This document shows positions 10,034 through 20,297 of a DNA stretch of 51,796 nucleotides, piece after piece. Origin of the DNA: Acidimicrobiia bacterium. GTDB taxonomy: Bacteria > Actinomycetota > Acidimicrobiia > Spongiisociales > UBA5794. The translations under genes were made by a program, and so were the position numbers. The stretch covers positions 1-51,796 of the forward strand of contig JAUIIM010000005.1 of the NCBI GenBank assembly GCA_030431785.1, written 5' to 3'. Position 1 is the stretch's first letter. Every line of letters begins with the position of its first letter. The notes under the pieces are model-generated. The model searched no databases and was not told the origin of the DNA. It was given only the letters and a program-made list of their open reading frames with translations.

Positions 10034-10725
10034 GCAGAAAGTGGGGCAGTGACCGACGCTGCGAATGACTCGATCATCACCATGCCGTCGGAAGATCCGA
10101 GGATCGACTCGGCAGCTCGTTCAGGGTGCGGCATGATCGCTGCCACGTTGCGCCGCTCGTTCGTGATGGCGGCGATTGCGTTCGTCGAGCCGTTCGGGTT
10201 GCCCTGCTTGTCGATCGAGCCGTCCGGATTGCTGTACCGAGCGACCACGAGGTCGGCGTTCTCGACATCGTCGATGGCTTCTGCGATGTAGTTGCCTTCG
10301 TAGGAGTTGAGCGGGATACGGAGGACCTGGCCTACCTCGGCACGATTCGTGAGGATGCTGTCCGTCGACTCGACCCGGACATGGATGTGTCTGCAGATGA
10401 ACTTGAGGTCCCGGTTGGCCACCAGCGCACCGGGAAGCAGACCCGCTTCGCACAGGATCTGGAATCCGTTGCAGATGCCGAGGATCGGTGCGCCGAGCGC
10501 TGCGAGACGATCGATCTCGCTCATCACCGGGCTGAACCGTGCGATCGCTCCGGTACGCAGGTAGTCGCCGTGGGCGAACCCTCCAGGCAGGACGACGCCA
10601 TCGGCTCCGGACAGATCCGTCTCTGTGTGCCATACGAGCTCGGTCTCGACGCCGATGAGGTCCAGCGCATGGACGATGTCGTGCTCGCAGTTCGTGCCGG
10701 GGAACACGACGACGGCGACGCTCAT
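10030..10725 (-). CDS. purQ: FGAM synthase glutaminase subunit PurQ
   Basis: [27 protein letters not shown] and MPHPER motifs. Confidence 0.97.
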   Translation of the reverse strand: MSVAVVVFPGTNCEHDIVHALDLIGVETELVWHTETDLSGADGVVLPGGFAHGDYLRTGAIARFSPVMSEIDRLAALGAPILGICNGFQILCEAGLLPGALVANRDLKFICRHIHVRVESTDSILTNRAEVGQVLRIPLNSYEGNYIAEAIDDVENADLVVARYSNPDGSIDKQGNPNGSTNAIAAITNERRNVAAIMPHPERAAESILGSSDGMVMIESFAASVTAPLSA

Positions 10726-10970
10726 GATTCTGACTCCACGGTGTAGGTCTCCATCACGGGGTTTGCGAGGAGCTTCTCACACATCTCGTCGACCGAAGAC
10801 CTGGCGGTGGCCTCGTCGGATGCGTGGATGGTGACCGACACGATCCGACCGAACGACACGTGTTCGACGTCCTCGAAGCCGAGGTCGATCAACGCTTTGC
10901 GTGTCGTCGCCCCCTCGGGATCGGAGAGTCCTGGCTTTCGTTCGATCGTGATACGAAACCGGTGGGTCAC
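10722..10970 (-). CDS. purS: FGAM synthase subunit PurS
   Basis: KPGLSDPEG and MCEKLLANPVME motifs; GTG start overlaps the purC stop (GTGA). Confidence 0.93.
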   Translation of the reverse strand: MTHRFRITIERKPGLSDPEGATTRKALIDLGFEDVEHVSFGRIVSVTIHASDEATARSSVDEMCEKLLANPVMETYTVESES

Positions 10971-11857
10971 GAGGCACCGACCTCGTCGAGGTAATCGGTA
11001 AAGGCACGTTCGGTGAGCCGTTCGTAGGCTTCGATGTATCGGTCGGACGTCGCTTGGACGACGTCGTCGGGCATCGCCGGTGCCGGTGGGGTCTTGTCCC
11101 ATCCGTCCTGTGTCTCGAGCCAGTCGCGCACTGGTTGCTTGTCGAACGATGGCATCGTCGCACCCGGTCCCCAGGCATCGGCTGGCCAGTAGCGGGACGA
11201 GTCGGGGGTCAAGACTTCGTCGATCAGGATGATCTCACCGTCGACCATCCCGAATTCGAATTTGGTGTCGGCGAGGATGATGCCCTTCTGCGCCGCGTAG
11301 TCGGCCCCACGGTTGTAGATGTCGAGGGACCGCTGTTTCAGTTCCTCGTAGAGATCGTTCCCGACGAACTCGCGCGCCTCTGCTTCGGTGAGGTTCTCGT
11401 CATGGCCGCTCTCGGCTTTCGTCGCAGGGGTGAAGATCGGTTCCGCCAGCTTGCTCGCCATGTCGAGCCCGTCCGGGAGGTGCTCCGTCGTCGGACCGCC
11501 ACCGGAGGAGTACTCCTTCCACGACGATCCGTACAGGTAGCCGCGGATGACACACTCCATCGGGATGACTTCGGCAGCACGGACGTACATGGAGCGGCCC
11601 GCGTACTTCTCCTGCTGGTCCGGCGTGAGGAAGTCCATCTCGCGGGTGTCGGCCGAGACGAGGTGGTGTGGTGTATCGAGGAGATCGAACCAGTGGAGGG
11701 AGACTCCGGTGAGGACCTGCCCCTTGTGCGGGATATCCTCGCCGAGCACGACGTCGAATGCCGAGATCCGATCCGATGCGACGATCAAGAGATGATCGTC
11801 GTCCACGCGGAAGATCTCTCTGACCTTCCCCGAACCGATGTGCTCCAACGCCGCCAC
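10967..11857 (-). CDS. purC: SAICAR synthetase
   Basis: SGKVREIF, SDRISAFD, ILADTKFEFG and DEVLTPDSSRYW motifs. GTG start at 11857 inferred from a leaderless -10. Confidence 0.96.
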   Translation of the reverse strand: MAALEHIGSGKVREIFRVDDDHLLIVASDRISAFDVVLGEDIPHKGQVLTGVSLHWFDLLDTPHHLVSADTREMDFLTPDQQEKYAGRSMYVRAAEVIPMECVIRGYLYGSSWKEYSSGGGPTTEHLPDGLDMASKLAEPIFTPATKAESGHDENLTEAEAREFVGNDLYEELKQRSLDIYNRGADYAAQKGIILADTKFEFGMVDGEIILIDEVLTPDSSRYWPADAWGPGATMPSFDKQPVRDWLETQDGWDKTPPAPAMPDDVVQATSDRYIEAYERLTERAFTDYLDEVGAS

Positions 11858-11871
11858 GAGTGCGATGGTAC
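11855..11871 (-). promoter_or_regulatory. Putative leaderless promoter of purC (-10 TACCAT, 7 nt, GTG)
   Basis: Minus strand GTACCATCGCACTCGTG; 15/17 identical to the purF motif. Confidence 0.55.
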
Positions 11872-11904
11872 TCCCTCCGGGAGATCTCCCAACCCTCGGT
11901 TGGG

Positions 11905-11939
11905 GATTCAAGATCCCAGATCTCAGACCTCAAATCCCT
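11905..11939. repeat. Degenerate 7-mer array (GATCYCA type) x5
   Basis: gattcaa gatccca gatctca gacctca aatccct, preceded by the hairpin cccaacc-ctc-ggttggg. Confidence 0.7.
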
Positions 11940-11967
11940 CTCCCGGCTCTGCGATACCCTCATCGGT

Positions 11968-12423
11968 ATGGATCAGACGACGCACCCGTGGGGAGATGCG
12001 GCGACGCCGTTCGAGGCTCTCGGTGGGGAGCCGGTGATTCGGTCGATCGTCGAGGACTTCTACGACCTCATCGATGCGGAGGCGCCGGTACTTCGGGCGA
12101 TGCTGCCCAAGGACGATTCCACCTCACGTCGCAAGCTCGGGGACTATCTGGTGGAGTGGACCGGTGGACCAGCGCTGTACACACCGGTTCGTGGTCATCC
12201 ACGTATGCGCATGCGCCACATGCCCTTCGTCATCGCACAGTCGGATGCACAGGAGTGGCTCGACTGTATGAGGCGGGCTCTCGACATGAACGATGTGGAG
12301 GGTGATGTGCGGGCATTCCTCGACCAACGCATCGAGCAACTTGCGTGGCACATGGTGAACGCCGACGACGACGATCCGAAGACGGCGGAGCGACGTCGCC
12401 TGACGCTGAATCCCGGCTCCTGA
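11968..12423 (+). CDS. Group II truncated hemoglobin (globin)
   Basis: FEALGGE..IVEDFYD, WTGGPALY and GHPRMRMRHMPF motifs; TACCCT-7nt-ATG. Confidence 0.92.
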   Translation: MDQTTHPWGDAATPFEALGGEPVIRSIVEDFYDLIDAEAPVLRAMLPKDDSTSRRKLGDYLVEWTGGPALYTPVRGHPRMRMRHMPFVIAQSDAQEWLDCMRRALDMNDVEGDVRAFLDQRIEQLAWHMVNADDDDPKTAERRRLTLNPGS

Positions 12424-12453
12424 TCACGACACGTGTGGTGTCCAGTAGCGGGA

Positions 12454-12480
12454 TGTCGAATCCCGCACTCGGCGATCGTC
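12454..12480 (+). promoter_or_regulatory. ECF42-type sigma promoter (TGTCGA-N17-CGTC)
   Basis: Matches the ECF42 consensus and lies directly upstream of a DGPF/YciI gene, the usual ECF42 target. Confidence 0.65.
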
Positions 12481-12527
12481 AGTAGGGTGAGTGCGGGGAT
12501 TCCGCACCGGATCACAAGGAGCGAGCG

Positions 12528-12899
12528 ATGAACCAGTACATGCTTTCCGTGCACGCCGGCGGAGAAGACGCACAACCCACGTCCCAGCCGACACCTGACG
12601 AGATGCAGGCGTACATGCAGCAGATCGCCGACCTCGAACAAGAGATGGACGATGCCGGGGTCTTCGTCTTCGGTGGGGCTCTAAAGGGACCCGAGTCGTC
12701 AGCCGTCGCCCGTGGAGACTCGGCGAGGGTGGTCGACGGACCATTCATCGAGACGAAGGAACACCTCGCCGGGTTCTACCTCATCAACGCTCCGGATGTC
12801 GGTGCAGCCCATGAGTGGGCCACCCGGGTTTCGAGTGTGGTCGGGAAACCGATCGAGGTCCGCCCGTTTGCAGCGACGGGTCGAGTCCAGGTCGGGTAG
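12528..12899 (+). CDS. YciI-family (DGPF) protein
   Basis: VVDGPFIETKEHLAGFYLI and IEVRPF motifs; RBS aaggag. Confidence 0.92.
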   Translation: MNQYMLSVHAGGEDAQPTSQPTPDEMQAYMQQIADLEQEMDDAGVFVFGGALKGPESSAVARGDSARVVDGPFIETKEHLAGFYLINAPDVGAAHEWATRVSSVVGKPIEVRPFAATGRVQVG

Positions 12900-12907
12900 C
12901 GCGTCCC

Positions 12908-13315
12908 ATGAAATCGACTGAGATCACGATCGAGACTGGGCACCGGTCCGTGGTTGCGGACATCACCGACGAGGTGCGGTCGTTCTGTTCCGGTGAAGGC
13001 GATGGGTTGGTCTCCGTGTTCGTTCCGCATGCGACGGCGGGAATCGCGATCTTCGAGACCGGAGCGGGATCCGACGTCGACGTCCTCAACGCGATCGACG
13101 ACCTGTTGCCTCGTGACGGCGACCGTTGGCGTCACGAGCACGGGACCCCCGGTCATGGCCGCGATCATGTGTTGCCGGCTTTCGTCGCCCCGTCGATCAC
13201 CATTCCCGTCATCGATGGTCAGCCGCAACTCGGCACCTGGCAATCGGTGGTGCTCATCGACACCAATGTCGACAATCAGTCCCGCCGCATCCGCCTGTCG
13301 TTCATCGCGGGCTGA
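12908..13315 (+). CDS. yjbQ: YjbQ/UPF0047 family protein (secondary thiamine-phosphate synthase)
   Basis: FVPHATAG, HGRDHV and LGTWQSVVLID motifs. Confidence 0.88.
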   Translation: MKSTEITIETGHRSVVADITDEVRSFCSGEGDGLVSVFVPHATAGIAIFETGAGSDVDVLNAIDDLLPRDGDRWRHEHGTPGHGRDHVLPAFVAPSITIPVIDGQPQLGTWQSVVLIDTNVDNQSRRIRLSFIAG

Positions 13316-13320
13316 GCAAC

Positions 13321-13370
13321 GCAACCCAGAGCTAGGTTGGTGAATATTCACGGTTCTAGCTCTGGGTTGC
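13321..13370. repeat. 50-bp near-palindrome between convergent genes (REP-like / bidirectional terminator candidate)
   Basis: gcaacccagagctag ... ctagctctgggttgc (15-bp perfect arms) around the inner palindrome gtgaatattcac. Confidence 0.8.
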
Positions 13371-13380
13371 AACCGAGGAG

Positions 13381-14676
13381 TCAGAGGTCGGTTTCCTTGA
13401 GGCGTTCGAAGACGATGTCGGCGTTGCGGAGGAACCGCTCGATCGTGAAGCACTCCGCCAGCACATCGTCATCGAGGGCGACATCGGGATCGACGCGGAG
13501 ATGCTCGATCAACGTGCCGCCCTCGTCCCACGTCTTCATGGCGTTGCGCTGAACGAGGCGATACGCCTCGTCGCGGGTCATGCCGGTGTCGATCAGCGAA
13601 AGCAAGACTGCCTGTGAGTAGACCAGTCCGCGTGTTGATTCCAGGTTCTCCGCGAGTCGTCCGGTGTCGACGACGAGGTTGTCGATGATCCGTGTCAGGC
13701 GACGCAGGGCGTAGTGAAGCAGCCCGGTGGCGTCCGGGACGATGATGCGTTCGACGGACGAGTGCGAGATGTCCCGCTCGTGCCACAAGGCGACGTTCTC
13801 GAGGCCCGCAGATGCGTAGCCGCGGAGCACCCGTGCCACACCGGTCAGGTTCTCCGAGGCGATCGGGTTGCGCTTGTGGGGCATCGCAGACGAACCCTTC
13901 TGTCCCTTTCTGAATGCCTCGCGCGCTTCTCCCACCTCGGAGCGTTGGAGGTGTCTGATCTCGGTGGCAAACCGCTCGATCGTCGCCCCGATCCCCGCGA
14001 TCACTGACAGGTAGTGCGCGTGGCGATCCCTCGGGATGACCTGTGTGCTCGCGGGTTCGATGCCGATTCCCAGATGTGAGCACACGTACTGCTCGATCGA
14101 TGGGGGAGTATGGGCGTACGTCCCGACGGCGCCCGAGATCTTGCCGAACGAGACTCCGGCGACCGCATCGACCAGGCGTTCGTGGTCGCGATGCAGTTCG
14201 AACGCCCAGTTGGCCAGCTTCAGCCCGAACGATGTCGGTTCCGCCCAGATGCCGTGCGTGCGGCCCAGGGACGGTGTGTCTTTGAACTCGAACGAGCGTC
14301 GTTTCACGACGGTGAACAGGTCGCTCACCGCCGCGAGCAGCAGTTCGCCGGATTCCTTCAAGAGGACCCCTGATGCCGTGTCGAGGACATCCGAGGATGT
14401 CAGCCCGAAGTGGATCCATTCGCCTCCCGTCTCGACGGATTCGGCGAGTAGGTCGACGAACGCTGCGACGTCGTGGTTCGTGGTCTTCTCGCGTTCGAGC
14501 CATTCGTCCTCATCGACCTCGGGAGCCCGACGGGCCGCTTCGGCGGCGGCTTGTGGGGCGACACCTTCGGCCACCCACGCCTCGACCACGAGGGTTTCGA
14601 CCTCCTTCCAGACGGCGAGCTTCCGCTCGTCCGACCAGACGGCCGACATCTCAGGGGTCGAGTAGCGCTCGATCAT
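13381..14676 (-). CDS. purB: Adenylosuccinate lyase
   Basis: MIERYS, HFGLTSSDVLDT, GSSAMPHKRNP and LWHERDISHSSVER motifs. Confidence 0.98.
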   Translation of the reverse strand: MIERYSTPEMSAVWSDERKLAVWKEVETLVVEAWVAEGVAPQAAAEAARRAPEVDEDEWLEREKTTNHDVAAFVDLLAESVETGGEWIHFGLTSSDVLDTASGVLLKESGELLLAAVSDLFTVVKRRSFEFKDTPSLGRTHGIWAEPTSFGLKLANWAFELHRDHERLVDAVAGVSFGKISGAVGTYAHTPPSIEQYVCSHLGIGIEPASTQVIPRDRHAHYLSVIAGIGATIERFATEIRHLQRSEVGEAREAFRKGQKGSSAMPHKRNPIASENLTGVARVLRGYASAGLENVALWHERDISHSSVERIIVPDATGLLHYALRRLTRIIDNLVVDTGRLAENLESTRGLVYSQAVLLSLIDTGMTRDEAYRLVQRNAMKTWDEGGTLIEHLRVDPDVALDDDVLAECFTIERFLRNADIVFERLKETDL

Positions 14677-15119
14677 CCGGCGAGGCCAGCCCGGTAGTCA
14701 GCGAGCTTCGCTGCAACTCCCTCATCGGACACGGACACGATCGATGCGGCGAGGTAGGCAGCGTTTGCAGCCGAGTCGATGGCCACTGTGGCGACCGGAA
14801 TGCCTGTCGGCATTTGCACCGTGGCGTACAACGCATCGAGCCCGCCGAGACCACCGGCCGCAATGGGGACGCCGATGATCGGAAGGGTCGAATGAGCCGC
14901 AGCTGCGCCGGCGAGGTGGGCCGCCTTCCCTGCGCCACAGATGATCACACCGAAACCGTTGTCCCGAGCGTTCGAGCAGAACGCGGCGACCTTGGCGGGT
15001 GTTCGATGCGCCGACATCACATGTACTTCGTGCTCGATTCCGAACTCCTCGAGGACGCTGGTGGCGGCCTCCATCTTCGGCATGTCCTTGTCAGATCCCA
15101 TGAGAATGGCGACCTTCAT
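14673..15119 (-). CDS. purE: N5-CAIR mutase (class I PurE)
   Basis: VAILMGS, SAHRTP, AAHLAG and [12 protein letters not shown] motifs; ATGA overlap with the purD stop. Confidence 0.96.
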   Translation of the reverse strand: MKVAILMGSDKDMPKMEAATSVLEEFGIEHEVHVMSAHRTPAKVAAFCSNARDNGFGVIICGAGKAAHLAGAAAAHSTLPIIGVPIAAGGLGGLDALYATVQMPTGIPVATVAIDSAANAAYLAASIVSVSDEGVAAKLADYRAGLAG

Positions 15120-16381
15120 TGTGACTCCTCTCTCTTGGCGATATCGGTTCGGTACTGACACCCGTCGAACGTCACGTTCCGCACGGTGTCGTAGGTCCGT
15201 TGTCGTGCTTGTTGGATTGTCGCACCCATCCCGACGATGTTCACAACCCGCCCACCGCTGGTGACGAGTTGGCCGGTTGCATCGATTCGTGTGCCTGCAT
15301 GGAACACGAGGGACCCGTCGGGCTGTGCCAGGCCTTCGATTCGGTCGCCCTTACGGGGTGCGGACGGATACCCGTTGGCCGCCAGCACCACGTTTACGGT
15401 TGCCGTGTCGGTCCATTCGAGCTGGGTGTCGGCGAACCCCTCCTGAAGACCGGTCGCGATGGTTCCGAGCAGGTCGGAGGCGAGCCGCGGCATCAGGGCC
15501 TGTGTCTCGGGATCGCCGAGTCGGCAGTTGAATTCGACCACCCGTGGACCCGTGTCGGTCAGCATCAGCCCGACGTAGAGGAACCCTGTGTAGTCGATCC
15601 CACGTCGGGACAGCTCCGCAAGAGTCGGGATTGCGACCTCGGCGGTCGTCCACTCCACGACGTTCTGGGGCAGGTCCGGTACAGGGGAGTAGGACCCCAT
15701 CCCGCCGGTGTTCGGTCCGTCGTCACCCTCGAGTAGCCGCTTGTAGTCGCGTGCCGGTTCGAACGGGACAGCCACACCGTCGGCGCATAGGAAGAACACG
15801 GAGAGCTCGTCGCCCTCCATGAACTCCTCGATTACGACCGATGCTCCTGCCTCCCCGAACCTCCCGCCCAGGCAATCCTCTGCCCAACCGATGGCGGCCC
15901 GCCGGCTCGATGTGACCAGTACCCCTTTGCCGGCAGCGAGACCGTCGGCCTTCACGACGTACGGTCCGGCATATGAATTGAGGTAGTCGACGGTCGCATC
16001 GAGATCGGTGAACGTCTCGGAGCCTGCAGTCGGCACGCCTGCGGCGTCCATCACTTCGTTCGCAAAGGACTTGGACGCCTCGAGTCGTGCACCATCTGCC
16101 CCGGGACCGAACACGTCGATCCCTGTTTCCCGTAACGCATCCGCTACCCCCGCCGCCAGTGGTGCTTCCGGTCCGATGATCACGAGATCGACAGACTCGC
16201 GTGTGGCAAAGCTGACGACAGCAGCGGGGTCGTTAGGGTCGGTGTCGGTCTCGATGCGTCCCAACTCGGCCAACCCGGGGTTGCCGGGGCACGAGATCAG
16301 CTCCGTGAGAAGCGGTGACTGGGAGATCTTCCAACCGATGGCGTGCTCACGCCCTCCACCGCCGAGGAGTAGTACCCGCAT
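15116..16381 (-). CDS. purD: Phosphoribosylamine-glycine ligase
   Basis: MRVLLLGGGGREHA, VVKADGLAAGKGV, GPNTGGMG and EFNCRLGDPETQ motifs. Confidence 0.97.
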   Translation of the reverse strand: MRVLLLGGGGREHAIGWKISQSPLLTELISCPGNPGLAELGRIETDTDPNDPAAVVSFATRESVDLVIIGPEAPLAAGVADALRETGIDVFGPGADGARLEASKSFANEVMDAAGVPTAGSETFTDLDATVDYLNSYAGPYVVKADGLAAGKGVLVTSSRRAAIGWAEDCLGGRFGEAGASVVIEEFMEGDELSVFFLCADGVAVPFEPARDYKRLLEGDDGPNTGGMGSYSPVPDLPQNVVEWTTAEVAIPTLAELSRRGIDYTGFLYVGLMLTDTGPRVVEFNCRLGDPETQALMPRLASDLLGTIATGLQEGFADTQLEWTDTATVNVVLAANGYPSAPRKGDRIEGLAQPDGSLVFHAGTRIDATGQLVTSGGRVVNIVGMGATIQQARQRTYDTVRNVTFDGCQYRTDIAKREESQ

Positions 16382-16383
16382 CC

Positions 16384-17829
<1,446 letters not shown>

Positions 17830-17853
17830 TCAGCGATTTCGAACGGAGCGTCC

Positions 17854-18378
17854 GTGGACGACCAGATCGCCACCAGAAAAGCAACTCTCGATCCGGCTAC
17901 CGCACCGGTGGTGCTTGCCGTCTCCGAGACGCCACCCACCCGGACCGAAGCGCTCCACATCCACACGACGGCGTCAAACGAGTTCTGGGATGTCACCGAT
18001 GTCGTTCGGGCCGTTGCCAAGCGGTCGAAGGTCACACACGGTCAGGTGACCGTGTACACCCCGCACACGACGACCACGATCGTGATCAACGAATCGGAGA
18101 CGGGGTTCCTCAACGACTTTCGACGCACGATCGGCTCGCTCGTTCCCGAGGACACCTACTACGAGCACGACGATCACTCGGTGCGCACCGAGAATCTCCA
18201 GGAAGACGAGTTCATCAACGGTCACGCCCATGTGCGTCAGCTGTTGACGGGACAGCCGTCGGTCACGGTACCGATCGTCGATGGTGAGGTCCTTCTCGGT
18301 CAGTGGCAGCGAGTGCTGTTCGCCGAACTCGACCAGGCCCGCGAACGCCGCCTCTTCGTACACGCGCAAGGATCCTGA
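17854..18378 (+). CDS. yjbQ: Second YjbQ/UPF0047 family protein
   Basis: VYTPHTTTTIVINE, YEHDD, NGHAH and LLGQWQRVLFAELD motifs; GTG start after ggag. Confidence 0.85.
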   Translation: MDDQIATRKATLDPATAPVVLAVSETPPTRTEALHIHTTASNEFWDVTDVVRAVAKRSKVTHGQVTVYTPHTTTTIVINESETGFLNDFRRTIGSLVPEDTYYEHDDHSVRTENLQEDEFINGHAHVRQLLTGQPSVTVPIVDGEVLLGQWQRVLFAELDQARERRLFVHAQGS

Positions 18379-18398
18379 TCGCGGAGCGATCAGGATCC
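18370..18398 (+). terminator. Perfect 13-bp hairpin over the yjbQ stop
   Basis: ggatcctgatcgc-gga-gcgatcaggatcc; no U tract. Confidence 0.5.
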
Positions 18399-18443
18399 GA
18401 CGATCCGATATCCGATGGTCCGACTGTCCGACGGCGGTCGGTC
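18394..18443. repeat. TCCGAnnn 7/8-mer array (left arm of the stem enclosing the four-helix-bundle gene)
   Basis: tccgacga tccgata tccgatgg tccgactg tccgacgg; complementary to 18843-18889. Confidence 0.85.
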
Positions 18444-18481
18444 TACTTCCAAACGGCGTCCGGTCTTGGTATTGGTGCGCT

Positions 18482-18844
18482 ATGCACAGGTATCGCAGTC
18501 TTCGCGTTTGGTCCCACTCAGTTGATCTTGCCCGTCATGTCTATCGGATTGCCGATGCAGCACCGAAGCGGGAGCAGTTCGCGGCAGCCGGTCAGATGAG
18601 GAGGGCGGCGCTGTCGATCCCGTCGAACATCGCCGAGGGTTCGTCACGACGTACTGCTACCGAATTTCGACGATTCATCGATATCGCGATGGGATCTGCG
18701 TACGAGCTCGATACCCAGTTGGAGGTGCTGTCCGGTTCTGACTGGCTGCCTTCGTCAACAGCGATCGAGCTTCAATCATCCTTGTCCGATATCCGTTCAA
18801 TGCTCTATGGCTTGAAACGGTCCGCAGTTGATCAGACACAGTGA
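18482..18844 (+). CDS. Four helix bundle protein (23S rRNA IVP family / Avd-like fold)
   Basis: YRSLRVW, QMRRAALSIPSNIAEGSSR and EFRRFIDIAMGSAYELDTQL; 120 aa. Confidence 0.93.
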   Translation: MHRYRSLRVWSHSVDLARHVYRIADAAPKREQFAAAGQMRRAALSIPSNIAEGSSRRTATEFRRFIDIAMGSAYELDTQLEVLSGSDWLPSSTAIELQSSLSDIRSMLYGLKRSAVDQTQ

Positions 18845-18889
18845 TTGTTGCCGTTCCCGGACAGTCGGAGATCGGCTGATCGGAGATCG
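18843..18889. repeat. TCGGA-type array (right arm of the stem enclosing the four-helix-bundle gene)
   Basis: cggacagtcgga (18858-18869) is the exact reverse complement of tccgactgtccg (18419-18430), followed by gatcggctgatcggagatcg. Confidence 0.85.
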
Positions 18890-19035
18890 TTCTGATGTGA
18901 ACAATCGGTTCGCGGGCCGCAATTGGTGGCATGGGATACGAAATGGGGCTAGCGTGAAGGGTGCCCCTTCCTATCCCGGAGGGGGACCGTGGCTCAACGC
19001 CACGGATAAGCAAGGAAATAAAGAGAGGAAACAGC

Positions 19036-20133
19036 ATGCTGAAGAGACTTGCTGTGCTCTTTGCCGTACTCGCTCTCGTAGCTGCCGCTTGTGGCGGTTC
19101 GAGCGATGACACCACGACGACGACCGAAGGCGACTCCGGTCAGGAACCATCAGGGGAAACGCTTGCCGCCGTGCAAGACCGTGGAACCCTGGTTTGTGGT
19201 GTGTCAGGCAGTGCTGTCGGTTTCTCCGAAACCGACGCAGAGGGCAACACGACCGGGTTCGACGCAGACTTCTGCCGTGCAGTTGCTGCCGCCGTTCTCG
19301 GTGACGCTGAAGCTGTGGAGTTCCGCAACCTGACAGCCGCGGAGCGGTTCGAAGCGTTGAAGAACAATGAGATCGATGTTCTGTTCAGGAACACGACCTT
19401 TACGCAGAGCCGTGACACGGACATCGGTATGGACTTCGGTCCGACGACGTACTTCGACGGTCAGCAGCTCATGGGTAACCCTGAGACGCTTCCTGGTCTG
19501 ACGCCCGCCAGTGGCTTTGAAGCCATCGACGGCGCTGTGGTCTGCACGAACGCAGGTACCACGACCGAGAAGAACATCACCGAGGGTGCCGAGGTCGCTG
19601 GCGTGACGATCACGCTCCAGACCGTCGAGACGTTCCCAGAGGCGATGGAAGCCTTCAAGTCCGGAACCTGTGACCTCGTCACGACCGATGGTTCTGGTCT
19701 GTACGGCAACCGCGCTGCTGAGATCAACGCTGGTACGGAAGGCGCCGAGAACTGGGTGATCTTCCCGGAGGCACCGATCTCCAAGGAGCCACTCGGCCCG
19801 GCGTACCGTCAGAACGACTCAACGTGGGCTGACATCATCAACTGGACCGTGTACGCAACGTTCATCGCAGATGAGCAGGGTGTTACCTCGGCCAACATCG
19901 ATGACATGATGGATGCAACGCCTGAGCTTGCTCGCCTCTTCGGTGGCGAGGGCGAGTTGCAGACGGCCATGGGTCTGTCCTCGGACGCGTTCCTGAATGC
20001 CATCAAGGCAGTCGGGAACTACGGCGAGATCTACGAGCGGAACCTCACTGGTCCGCTGAACCTCGCACGTGAGGGCAGCTACAACATGCAGTGGCTCGAC
20101 GGTGGTCTGATCTACGCACCGCCGGCTCGCTAG
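19036..20133 (+). CDS. aapJ: Amino acid ABC transporter substrate-binding lipoprotein (AapJ/BztA-like)
   Basis: Lipobox VAAAC; GFDADFCRAVAAAV, RNTTFT.SRD, ISKEPLGP, VGNYGEIYERN and GGLIYAPP motifs. Confidence 0.9.
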   Translation: MLKRLAVLFAVLALVAAACGGSSDDTTTTTEGDSGQEPSGETLAAVQDRGTLVCGVSGSAVGFSETDAEGNTTGFDADFCRAVAAAVLGDAEAVEFRNLTAAERFEALKNNEIDVLFRNTTFTQSRDTDIGMDFGPTTYFDGQQLMGNPETLPGLTPASGFEAIDGAVVCTNAGTTTEKNITEGAEVAGVTITLQTVETFPEAMEAFKSGTCDLVTTDGSGLYGNRAAEINAGTEGAENWVIFPEAPISKEPLGPAYRQNDSTWADIINWTVYATFIADEQGVTSANIDDMMDATPELARLFGGEGELQTAMGLSSDAFLNAIKAVGNYGEIYERNLTGPLNLAREGSYNMQWLDGGLIYAPPAR

Positions 20134-20152
20134 GAGCAGCCAAGCAAACACT

Positions 20153-20180
20153 GAGAGGGCGCCCTCCGGGGCGCCCTCTC
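20153..20180 (+). terminator. GC-rich hairpin after aapJ
   Basis: gagagggcgccc-tccg-gggcgccctctc (12-bp perfect stem). Confidence 0.7.
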
Positions 20181-20186
20181 TGCATT

Positions 20187-20221
20187 GGATCGTCGGTACG
20201 TCGGATTCTCGGATCTTCCGG
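20187..20221. repeat. Degenerate 8-mer array (GGATnnTC) x4
   Basis: ggatcgtc ggtacgtc ggattctc ggatcttc; loosely complementary to 20692-20737. Confidence 0.7.
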
Positions 20222-20297
20222 CCCGAGAAGGGGCACGGTTTGACGGTCCCGTTTCCGTTCGTGGGCTATCGTGCGTGCAGCGACGAGAGGGAGCACC

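Noticed and set aside
18482-18844. 23S rRNA intervening sequence or diversity-generating retroelement
   Set aside because: No rRNA flanks, no reverse transcriptase and no TR/VR pair recognised in the window; only the fold relationship is retained.
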